From NCBI GenBank assembly GCA_035389045.1, contig DAOORA010000017.1, positions 1 to 64,000 of the forward strand: a DNA stretch of 64,000 nt. Reading direction: 5' to 3'. Source of the stretch: Bacteroidales bacterium (lineage in GTDB: Bacteria; Bacteroidota; Bacteroidia; Bacteroidales; CAIWKO01). Under the pieces are notes generated by a model. It made no database searches, had not been told where the DNA came from, and was given only the letters and a program-made list of their open reading frames with translations. The position numbers and the translations under genes were made by a program. Positions within the stretch are counted from its first letter, which is position 1, and each line of letters starts with the position of its first letter. This document shows positions 18,562-26,952 of the stretch, piece by piece.

Positions 18562-20658
18562 TTATTTGTGCATAATTCTCTGAGCGCTGGCGTTGAGTTT
18601 TTTAAGTTCTGCTGCTGAAATTCCTGACACACGTGATAATTTAGCTGTTTTATTCGGCGTGCTGGTCGCCGAAATAAAATCAGCGACCGTTTTAATGTTC
18701 ATTCGGGTCAGTATTTCAATGTATTCTTTTTTGATGTGAGGAATTTTGTCCAGTACCAGAACAGGATTAGAAACGATGTCGGGATTAAACACGGGGTCTG
18801 GTCCGGGCAGGCAGTGCACTATGGGCGCCACCGAACATATTTTGGGCGCCGGAGGACAAATGTATGCGGGTGACGGCGGGCAGATGACCGTTGGAGCGGG
18901 AGGACACACCAGATGAGGAGCCAATGTGCATGCGACAGGCGCCACGGCGCAGATTACCGGTGAGGGCGGACATGCTGCCATAGGGCCTACCCAGCAGGTG
19001 ATGGGGCAGGTTACGGCCGATCCTATTCCTACGGAGGCGAAAGCATTTATGATACTGGCGCGCCATCTGTTATAATGCGATGTGCCAAGATAAAGATCTT
19101 CCAGCGAATCAAGCACAGCATCTTTCATATCGGCAAAGTCAGAGGTAGACGTCAGATAATTGGTGAGTGCATGATAATACAATTCTCCCAGGACATCACG
19201 GCCAAGGCCTTCACAGATAGTTATCCCCCTGTGTGACCCGCCGGTGGCGATCAGATAGGCCGCCTTATTCATAATGCCGCTGTTAATATGTACTCCGCCA
19301 TAATCATCTGTACCAGTGTACATATCATTCGTGTGGTCGGGCTGGTGTCCGTCGATAACACTACCAATGGGATCTGTAGTGTCGTATTGTCCTCCGTTGG
19401 TCGGATCCTGGAGGTTTCTGCTGGCAGGCGCGGTGGTTTTCAGCCAGTAATCTTCCCCTTGCAGCCAGTCTCCGTCGACTAAAGCGGCAAAAACATCAGA
19501 CATGGATTCATTGAGGGCTCCGGGCTGATTGGAATATACCAGGGCGGCAGTATGTTCTGTAACGGCATGGGTCCACTCGTGCGCAATAACATCAATGGCG
19601 CAATAGCTGTCCTTGTCAACCTTATCCCCGTCGCCTATCAGCACATAACTCCCGTTCCAGTAAGCATTATTGGTATTACTGCCATAATGGGCATAGATAT
19701 GCATCTCGGCGCCTGCATTGTCATAACTGTTACGGCCATGCTTGCTGAGATAATAATCAAACACCATCCGTGTATAGAAATGACAATCGACTTCTTCCCG
19801 CTGATCGGTGGCACTCCAGTTATTGTTGGCATCTTCAGAAATGGGTGAGGGCGGATAACCACTGTTGCAGTCATGGGTAACAATTTTTGTTGATGTCCCT
19901 GTGGCGCCGTCTTCAAGGGTATATATGCCTGAAGCATGGTTGTGCATGGTATTCAAAGGGCTGGATGTGCTGGTATGGGCCCCGGAATATTTTCCTGTCC
20001 CGCTGCCTAAGGCATTGGTATGCGCGTATACATTATTATACCTTACAATAAAGTTACCCGTCTGGCTGTCGATGAAATAACTCCATATTGACGGATAGGG
20101 ACTCCCGTCCAGCGCCTTGTCTTCACCTTCTGCAAAAACCTGCCATGCAAGATAGGGTTTGTTCTTCACGTCAATTATTACTTTGAGGACAGGTTCTCTT
20201 TTTAACCGGTCGGGTTTATTGTTCTTGTCGTGCTTTAAAACAATGGCCAGCGCCTGCCTTCCCTGAATCTTTGGTTTGTCCGGCACCACAATATTCGAAA
20301 AAAACCGGCCGGCTATACCCCGTATTTCATTCTGACGGTTGATGTGTACAACTAATTCATGCCCGAAAACAGGATAGTTTTTGAACATTTGCTGGTATTT
20401 GAAATGTCTGTTGCCCATCTTATCCTGCAGGGCATCAATAAGTTTTAATTCCTCAGCAGGAGATTTAAAACCATATAGATCTTTGATTTCCTTAAAGAAA
20501 TTCATTACAGCTAACCGGGGTTCAGCAGCCTCAGGTTTCGACAGCGCCCCCCTCATTCTTAAGGGAACTCCGGTTTTTTCATTCCAGATATATTCAAGAT
20601 TGGAATCAGCCTTTTTGAGATTTTTAAGAATCTTGTTTTGTTTTTCTGTGGGTTTCAT
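18562..20658 (-). CDS. Thermolysin-family (M4) metallopeptidase with FTP/PepSY propeptide, C-terminal Cys/Pro repeat and HhH(DUF4332)-like domain; no signal peptide
   Basis: 'NNAYWNG', 'DVIAHEWTHAVT' (HExxH), 'GALNESMSD', 'DYGGVHINSGIMNKAAYL'. Propeptide 'HFKYQQMFKNYPVFG'. N-terminus is hydrophilic ('MKPTEKQNKILKNLKKAD'). Confidence 0.93.
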   Translation of the reverse strand: MKPTEKQNKILKNLKKADSNLEYIWNEKTGVPLRMRGALSKPEAAEPRLAVMNFFKEIKDLYGFKSPAEELKLIDALQDKMGNRHFKYQQMFKNYPVFGHELVVHINRQNEIRGIAGRFFSNIVVPDKPKIQGRQALAIVLKHDKNNKPDRLKREPVLKVIIDVKNKPYLAWQVFAEGEDKALDGSPYPSIWSYFIDSQTGNFIVRYNNVYAHTNALGSGTGKYSGAHTSTSSPLNTMHNHASGIYTLEDGATGTSTKIVTHDCNSGYPPSPISEDANNNWSATDQREEVDCHFYTRMVFDYYLSKHGRNSYDNAGAEMHIYAHYGSNTNNAYWNGSYVLIGDGDKVDKDSYCAIDVIAHEWTHAVTEHTAALVYSNQPGALNESMSDVFAALVDGDWLQGEDYWLKTTAPASRNLQDPTNGGQYDTTDPIGSVIDGHQPDHTNDMYTGTDDYGGVHINSGIMNKAAYLIATGGSHRGITICEGLGRDVLGELYYHALTNYLTSTSDFADMKDAVLDSLEDLYLGTSHYNRWRASIINAFASVGIGSAVTCPITCWVGPMAACPPSPVICAVAPVACTLAPHLVCPPAPTVICPPSPAYICPPAPKICSVAPIVHCLPGPDPVFNPDIVSNPVLVLDKIPHIKKEYIEILTRMNIKTVADFISATSTPNKTAKLSRVSGISAAELKKLNASAQRIMHK
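18790..19010 (-). repeat. Coding tandem repeat of C-x-x-[G/S/A]-P (9 copies, period 7-8 aa)
   Basis: CWVGP, CPPSP, CAVAP, CTLAP, CPPAP, CPPSP, CPPAP, CSVAP, CLPGP, plus one preceding Cys (10 Cys in total). Confidence 0.95.
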
Positions 20659-20830
20659 AATTAATTGATTTTTAGGTTAATATTTATGCAGACATTTTTT
20701 GTTCAATTGGATTTTTACAAGGTCCCGGCTCACACTTATCAATCAACCTGATTTGTTCATTCGTTTAAAACTATCTGAAAAACAAATTTTCAAAAAAAAG
20801 GATGTTGTAAAAATATTTCAAAGAAACCAA

Positions 20831-20838
20831 CAAAGTTA
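20831..20838 (-). promoter_or_regulatory. Candidate -7 promoter element (TAACTTTG) for the M4 / radical SAM / gasdermin-like cluster
   Basis: Matches TAnnTTTG, about 170 nt upstream of the 20658 ATG, in an AT-rich intergenic region. Confidence 0.45.
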
Positions 20839-21002
20839 ACATTTTATTTTTTTAAATAACGAGTAATTAACAAAAATATTTTTAATTCAAATTATATAGA
20901 TACGTATAGTGGTGTCCTGAATAAATATTCCGATGCTAATTTGTTGTGGTGTTTTCTACCGGATTGAGATTGTCTCCACAAAAATTATTAACATGAGCAC
21001 AT

Positions 21003-21035
21003 AAAAAAGCCGGATTTTTTGACGATCCGGCTTCT
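21003..21035 (-). terminator. Rho-independent terminator of the 22694/21552 unit
   Basis: Minus strand: AAGCCGGAT-CGTCAAAAA-ATCCGGCTTTTTT. Confidence 0.75.
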
Positions 21036-21081
21036 ATTGCTAAAGTAAACTAAAAAATTTCCGTACTGGAACTTAAAGGGT

Positions 21082-21552
21082 TTAACCGAGGATTTTAATC
21101 AGGTTGCCGCCCCATTGCGGTTTCATATAAACGGATTCGATGATCATTCCATAATCATTGTCATCTTTTCCGCCATCCTCGATGTTGAAAATATAATTTC
21201 CGAACCGCGTGTTTACTTCAACTTCAGCGGTATTATCTCCGATAGTATTGATTTGAATGTCGTCTTTTTCGATAAAATTATAAGGAGGAGGAAAACTGAA
21301 TCCGGCTGGAGAATCTGCATCAATTTTTGATTTTATGAATTTATTGTGGTGATGTATATTCCATTCATCCAGAGACTTCTTATCTTTCACACTTGATTTT
21401 TCTTCAGTCAAAAAATCTATTTTGCATCCATAATCATCATAATCGTCCGGTTTGCAAAAATTGTTTTCAATGGAATTTGAGACACAATTGATCAAATCTA
21501 TGCCTGTTGTATAATCAATTATGAAGTCTTCAATTTTTTCTTTATTTATCAT
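21082..21552 (-). CDS. Hypothetical acidic protein, possibly NTF2-fold (immunity-like)
   Basis: 156 aa, D/E-rich, with 'GFSFPPPYN...AEVEVNTRFGNYIFNI...MIIESVY' beta-meander. Confidence 0.5.
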   Translation of the reverse strand: MINKEKIEDFIIDYTTGIDLINCVSNSIENNFCKPDDYDDYGCKIDFLTEEKSSVKDKKSLDEWNIHHHNKFIKSKIDADSPAGFSFPPPYNFIEKDDIQINTIGDNTAEVEVNTRFGNYIFNIEDGGKDDNDYGMIIESVYMKPQWGGNLIKILG

Positions 21553-21593
21553 GGGTTAAAATTTTTATGAATGCTTTGGTAATTTTTACAAAA

Positions 21594-22694
21594 CTATTTG
21601 TTTACGTTACCACAATTCATTTCTCCTTCGGTGTAATAAATGTTCAGGTATTTGGGGCCATATTGTCCGCCGCCTTCATGTTTTTGAGCCACAGAGCCTT
21701 TCACATAGTAACATTTTCCGTCGGCTTTTTTTGTCGCAATGTCAACTTTTACAAATTTTAATTTCGCAATGCCATATTCATTGTTTTCAACTTCCCAGGT
21801 GTTGCTGGTAATCACCACACGTATAGGTTCGCCGTATTTTGCCTTGTCAATTTTAGAGGTGACCGTCGAATTTACGCTTGCGTCGGTCATGCCGGCAGCA
21901 TGCAGCCTTCTTTCTTCAACAAGTTTTTTCTCAATTTCGGCATCCCGTTTTTCTAATCCGCCGCCGTCCACATAGGCTTTTATTTTGTCTTTCTGATCTT
22001 TGAGCGATTTTTCATATTCTTCTAATGCAGGATCTGGCTTGGTCAGAAATTTTTTTGCACTGGTAACCATTTTCTCAGCCACTTCAATATCTTTTATTCT
22101 GTCGGTAGGATACACGGTCCAATCCTTATCATCGAAACTTCTTTTTGCCTTTTCCTTGATACTCGCCATTTTTTCAGGAGAAACCGTTTCGGTATAAAAG
22201 GCATCGATTTGTCCTATCAGCTTAGTTGTATAAGTGTCACTATGGTCTTTTCCATTTTCTTTTTTGTAACCAGCACTAAAGTCGGCATAAAATTTTTCGT
22301 ATTCCGTTTTTTTTGCAGCATATTCGTCGTAAGCCAATATGTCAATTTGTTTTTGCAGCCTTTCAAAAGTGGATGTCCATTCCATTTTTTGTGTCTCCAG
22401 TTCTCTGAAGTCAACCTTAACGGCAGGGGTTGAGGTCTTTGGTGTTTCCGTTGCGGGTTTGGTTTCTTCGCCGGTCTTGCTGTTTGTTTTATCGGAACCT
22501 TCAGTTGCAGCAGGTTTGGTTTCTTCGCCGGTTTTATTCTTTGTCTTATCGGAACCTTCAGATTTGCCCGGTTTTAGCTGTGGTTTTTCCTGTATCTTTA
22601 CATTGCCCGGTTTAAGTTTGTCGAATTGTCCAAATGAATTACATACTCCAAAAGAAAGAATTAAGGAGATTAAAACAATGAATGGTTTTTTCAT
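21594..22694 (-). CDS. Secreted hypothetical protein with a repeated K/T/E linker and a helical domain
   Basis: Signal peptide, duplicated 19-aa linker, helical middle region and beta-rich C-terminus. Confidence 0.7.
   Translation of the reverse strand: MKKPFIVLISLILSFGVCNSFGQFDKLKPGNVKIQEKPQLKPGKSEGSDKTKNKTGEETKPAATEGSDKTNSKTGEETKPATETPKTSTPAVKVDFRELETQKMEWTSTFERLQKQIDILAYDEYAAKKTEYEKFYADFSAGYKKENGKDHSDTYTTKLIGQIDAFYTETVSPEKMASIKEKAKRSFDDKDWTVYPTDRIKDIEVAEKMVTSAKKFLTKPDPALEEYEKSLKDQKDKIKAYVDGGGLEKRDAEIEKKLVEERRLHAAGMTDASVNSTVTSKIDKAKYGEPIRVVITSNTWEVENNEYGIAKLKFVKVDIATKKADGKCYYVKGSVAQKHEGGGQYGPKYLNIYYTEGEMNCGNVNK
22456..22561. repeat. 57-bp in-frame tandem duplication (EGSDKTxxKTGEETKPA x2)
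   Basis: GGTTTGGTTTCTTCGCCGGT...TTATCGGAACCTTCAG at 22456 and 22513. Confidence 0.9.
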
Positions 22695-22863
22695 AATGAA
22701 TAAATTTTGAGGTTTTTAAATAAAAAAGCGGATAAAAGTAACTATAATATTTTTTAATTATATGTTTTTTTATCGAAAAAACGTTCAAAATCAATAATTA
22801 ACAAATATTGTTCAAGCGATTTTTTTTTATAAATGCGTCAGTCGCTTGGTTTAGATGTGATTT

Positions 22864-25815
22864 CTATTCTTTGACAATTCTTTTAACGCAGGTTCCTGAA
22901 TCTGTCCGGATAATCAGGCAATACATGCCAGGGGACAAAAATCCCAGGTTCAAAACCGGGTTTAGGGTTTCGTCGTCTTGCTGATAGATCATTTGTCCGT
23001 TAACACCATAGATTTGAATGTTATGAATAAAGCCGGATGACTGTATTTGCAGCATATCTCCGAATGGATTGGGGTACAGATGAATCTGCTGTTCGTTGTC
23101 AGGGTTTTCGTTAACCAATGCTGAAATATTCTGTATCTGAATGTCATCAAGGAATAAAAGGTACATATTCACATCGCTGTAACATTTCCAGCCGATAAAA
23201 TATATATCTGTTGCCGGCACGGTGAACACCACTTCTTCTTTGATATAATCCTGATTTACAATGTTGGTATGATCTATTAAGAGGTTGGTTAAAGAGGTTT
23301 CATCAGGGGTATTGCCGAAACAGACTTTCATTTTTTCAGGATAAACAGAAGAGCCTGCTTTGTACCAATAAGATAATTTGTAATAGGTGCCGGTTTGGAG
23401 GTACATGCAGTTTGAGATCAGCCAGTCGTTGGCGGCAAATATTGTATTCCATGAATGTTTATAGCAGTAAGGCGCAAAATGCCCCCCCGACGTGCTTAAC
23501 GCCCATGCAGCATAATTATTTGACGGGTTAAAGACCGACCAGCCGCCCAGGTTCTCACCGGATTCAAAACCCATAGAAAAAGGCTGCAGATAAATGTTGT
23601 TGGTAAATGCAAAATCAACCGAGTCGTTAGCCCCGTTATCATCGGCTAACATCGTTTTAATTTTAATGTGGTACAACCCATTGGCCAGCAGGGGGGCGGG
23701 CGTTGAAAACGTATACACCGACTGCTCTCCCGGATTGATCAACCCCGTAAATGTTTCGGTGACCGGAATGGAATTATTTACCGTGTAGGAAACCGGGAAG
23801 TTGGTGGCTGTGGTTGCGCCATAGTTTCTTAAGACGGCTGTGATCTGGCTGTCGTCGGAGCTGCACCCGTCAGCAGGAGAAACAACCGATGTTATGCCGA
23901 TATCGGCATAATCACTTTCGATGATCGCAATATTGTCAATCTTCATGGAATACATATGAGCATTGCTGTAACACTGCCATCCTATATAATAGGACCCGCC
24001 GGCAGGAACTGTAAAATTTATGTCTGCCTTTTGAAAGTTTTCATTAGTAATGTTCTGTAAGTCAAGCAGTAATGTATTTAAGCTGTCCGGCAACTGGCGG
24101 TTCCCAATTTTTACACGTAATTTCTGCGGGCATGAGGCTACAAATGTCTGGTACCAGAATGTGAGTTTATAAGTTTTTGAAGATTCCAGAGAAAGACATT
24201 TTGATATGAGCCAGTCATTGGCGTCTGATGTTGTACTGCCTCCGAACCGGACAAATCCCGGGTCAAGATTTGCCTGCGGATGCGTCGGTTCCACTGTCCA
24301 TGTTATGGAATCGGCGTTAAGGTCAGATATTTTCCAGCGGTAATAGTCGTCATTTTCGGTGAAATTCATAAAATAAGGGGTGTTTGCGCAAATAACGTTT
24401 TCCACTGGGGTAACGAGTGTGTCGTTTTCGCTATATGAGTCAGGAGTATAGGAGGTGATTACTTTTACGTTAAAAACATGTCCGGGAAGTGTCGAAAAAT
24501 CATACTGTTGTGAAAACTCATAGATTATTTCTGAAGAAGGCAGAATGGTGCTTGTGATAACATCACTTACTACCTGTATGTTATCAACAAATAAGGTTAC
24601 AGGAATACCTGTATGGGCTATGGTGTCGTAATTGGCAATGCGGACTCTGACAGGTTCCGGACCGGTAAAGGTCGCTGTGACATCGGGCGCTGCCAGGCTC
24701 TTAACGGCAATGTCGCCGGGCATCAACGGCATGATGCCGATGAGGGCAATCAAATGAGTGGTGTACGACCCTGCAGGTCCCGGGATCAGGTTGCTTACTG
24801 TATAATACCCGTCAGACGACCCGCCCCAGCCGTAGTTAAAATGGAAAAGATCGTTTTCATCATAGCCATCACAAACAAAAGCATGGTAGGTGTAATTCTG
24901 CGATCCTGCAACCCACATGGGCCTGCCGCCGTCTAATTCTCTTTTCATTACTGAAATGCGGGTGCTGTCGTCTGCGGCGTAAATGCTAAAATCATGTACA
25001 TTTGGGGAATATCTGAAGTATTGTATTAATGGTTCTTTTTTAATGGATGATGCAGAGCCGCTGGCTCCGTAATTCATTTCGAGCGAAACGCCGCAGTGGT
25101 ACATCAGCGTGGCAACAGGGGTGTTGGCCGATGTCAGATGGCCGGGCATGGCGCCCCATGGATAAACGGTGTTGCCGAAATCAGCGCTTAAGGTTCCATA
25201 CGTCGGATGCACATAAGTGTGAGAGCCTGTGCCGCGAGGGGGGTAGTTCCATTTTTTCATTATCTGTGCCATCGAGGTGGCTACACAACCGGTTACCGCA
25301 TGGCCGCACGAGCCGTTGGCATCGGCAGGGCAGAGCGCATTATAATAGCAGCCCTGTCCCCACGTAGTAAGGCATAACGGAGTAACAGACTTCACACCCT
25401 TGACAGAAAACCCGGAAAGCAGATCATCCCATTTTTGCTTGTTGGCATGGCACACTACTCTTGTATCTATTATTGTTTTTATCTGACGGCAGTATTCATG
25501 ATATAAAAATTGTGCAGCAGGAGGGATGTTGTTTTTGTCATATCTTCCTTGTGTGGAATAGCCCAGTACCGGTGTAACAGCATCGTCGGCAGCCATCATT
25601 ACAAAACCTCCGCCGGAAAAATTAAAAACATAATAGCAGGTAGTTCCTTCATATTGTTCCTCGGTAATATCCGAAAAGGATATACCGGATCCTCTCTGTG
25701 TCTGTTTCATCAAAAAAAGTACTGCCGCCTTTTTTGCATCGCTAAACGCAACGTGCGAAGCATGAAGATTAATGAATATTAAAAATAAGAATAAAACAAA
25801 ACTTGCTTTTTTCAT
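22864..25815 (-). CDS. C10 (streptopain/SpeB-like) cysteine protease with cleaved-adhesin/CARDB-like domains and T9SS type A CTD
   Basis: Spi-like propeptide 'YYVFN..GGFVMMAADD', 'TGCVATSMAQIM', 'HAFVCDGY', 'FHFNYGWGG', duplicated 'ANDWLIS.C' adhesin domains, 'LYPNP' CTD. Confidence 0.92.
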   Translation of the reverse strand: MKKASFVLFLFLIFINLHASHVAFSDAKKAAVLFLMKQTQRGSGISFSDITEEQYEGTTCYYVFNFSGGGFVMMAADDAVTPVLGYSTQGRYDKNNIPPAAQFLYHEYCRQIKTIIDTRVVCHANKQKWDDLLSGFSVKGVKSVTPLCLTTWGQGCYYNALCPADANGSCGHAVTGCVATSMAQIMKKWNYPPRGTGSHTYVHPTYGTLSADFGNTVYPWGAMPGHLTSANTPVATLMYHCGVSLEMNYGASGSASSIKKEPLIQYFRYSPNVHDFSIYAADDSTRISVMKRELDGGRPMWVAGSQNYTYHAFVCDGYDENDLFHFNYGWGGSSDGYYTVSNLIPGPAGSYTTHLIALIGIMPLMPGDIAVKSLAAPDVTATFTGPEPVRVRIANYDTIAHTGIPVTLFVDNIQVVSDVITSTILPSSEIIYEFSQQYDFSTLPGHVFNVKVITSYTPDSYSENDTLVTPVENVICANTPYFMNFTENDDYYRWKISDLNADSITWTVEPTHPQANLDPGFVRFGGSTTSDANDWLISKCLSLESSKTYKLTFWYQTFVASCPQKLRVKIGNRQLPDSLNTLLLDLQNITNENFQKADINFTVPAGGSYYIGWQCYSNAHMYSMKIDNIAIIESDYADIGITSVVSPADGCSSDDSQITAVLRNYGATTATNFPVSYTVNNSIPVTETFTGLINPGEQSVYTFSTPAPLLANGLYHIKIKTMLADDNGANDSVDFAFTNNIYLQPFSMGFESGENLGGWSVFNPSNNYAAWALSTSGGHFAPYCYKHSWNTIFAANDWLISNCMYLQTGTYYKLSYWYKAGSSVYPEKMKVCFGNTPDETSLTNLLIDHTNIVNQDYIKEEVVFTVPATDIYFIGWKCYSDVNMYLLFLDDIQIQNISALVNENPDNEQQIHLYPNPFGDMLQIQSSGFIHNIQIYGVNGQMIYQQDDETLNPVLNLGFLSPGMYCLIIRTDSGTCVKRIVKE

Positions 25816-26200
25816 AGTTACAGGGTTTTTTTTGATGATTGATTTAGCAGATCCGGGATCATGATTGTTGATTAAATGACGAACGAAGCTTTTTATATTT
25901 CACTGTACAATAATTTACTGATGACTATCCTTTGGCCGTCCATAAAAAATTCCTGCCGTTAGCCATCAGGAACTCTATTTTTCAAAAGTACAAAAAATAC
26001 GGTCACTAATCGTAATAAACGATGCCATTCAATGAAGTAATGGGGAGTGTCTTATGTAATTAATATAAATGTGAAATTTGTAGCCCTTTTTTACTCTGGA
26101 TTTTTTTCCGAATAAACCTGCAAAAACCAATGTGTGTTACTTTTGCAATTCCCAAACCAGTTTTCTGTGAAAAAATTAGTACTTTTATAAAAAAATAGTT

Positions 26201-26938
26201 ATGAAGAAAATTTCAGTGCTAACCATTTTATTATTTGTGTCATATGTGTTGTCATGCACAACCGAGGCACAGGTGCTTAAGCCCGTGATCACCTTCGAGG
26301 AAAATCCCCTGACACATAATGTTCATATCGCTTCCGACGGGCAGTACTATTATGCCGTGAACGGAGGGAAAGCCGATAAAGGACAGATCAACAAATTTGA
26401 CTTTGCCGGAAAGCAAATCGGCAGTTACGAGATAAAACTCGATATGCGCTCCATTATGTACAACAAAAAGGATAAAAAATTATATGTATGCACTTATGAA
26501 AGAGAAATATATTGCATTAACAACCTGCAGCAGAGCAGTTACGAAAAAATCAACGGTGATATTTATGAGAATGAACAGGCCAACCTTGCCATGAGTGAAG
26601 ATGGCAAATACATCTATTATATGTCGGATGGGACATTAAAAATCTACAAATTTCCTTCCGGCAAGTTATCGAAAGAAATAAAAGGCCTGGACTGCGGAAA
26701 AAGCTTTACCACCGGAAGTGCATGCGTGGCTGTTGATGATGAGCATATTTATACCTGGAATTCCGACTATAAAATGATCTTTGTCTACGATATGAAAGGC
26801 AATAAAGTTAAATCGGTAGAAATAGAAAAAGGCAGCTATGGCTTTTCGCTTTCGTATGCCAACGGTCTTATTTTTGTTTCTGATGATGGCGATTATGACA
26901 TCGGTACGTGGTATGGATATGAGCTTTGGGGAAAATAA
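26201..26938 (+). CDS. Exported beta-propeller-like hypothetical protein
   Basis: Signal peptide and repeated blades ('IASDGQYYY', 'MSEDGKYIY', 'AVDDEHIY'). Confidence 0.65.
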   Translation: MKKISVLTILLFVSYVLSCTTEAQVLKPVITFEENPLTHNVHIASDGQYYYAVNGGKADKGQINKFDFAGKQIGSYEIKLDMRSIMYNKKDKKLYVCTYEREIYCINNLQQSSYEKINGDIYENEQANLAMSEDGKYIYYMSDGTLKIYKFPSGKLSKEIKGLDCGKSFTTGSACVAVDDEHIYTWNSDYKMIFVYDMKGNKVKSVEIEKGSYGFSLSYANGLIFVSDDGDYDIGTWYGYELWGK

Positions 26939-26952
26939 TAAAGATCAAAAAT

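Noticed and set aside
18785..19066. 93-aa alternative-frame ORF over the Cys/Pro repeat as a separate rSAM precursor
   Set aside because: It is an Arg/Gly-rich by-product of GC-rich Pro/Ala codons. The regular CxxxP pattern exists only in the protease frame.
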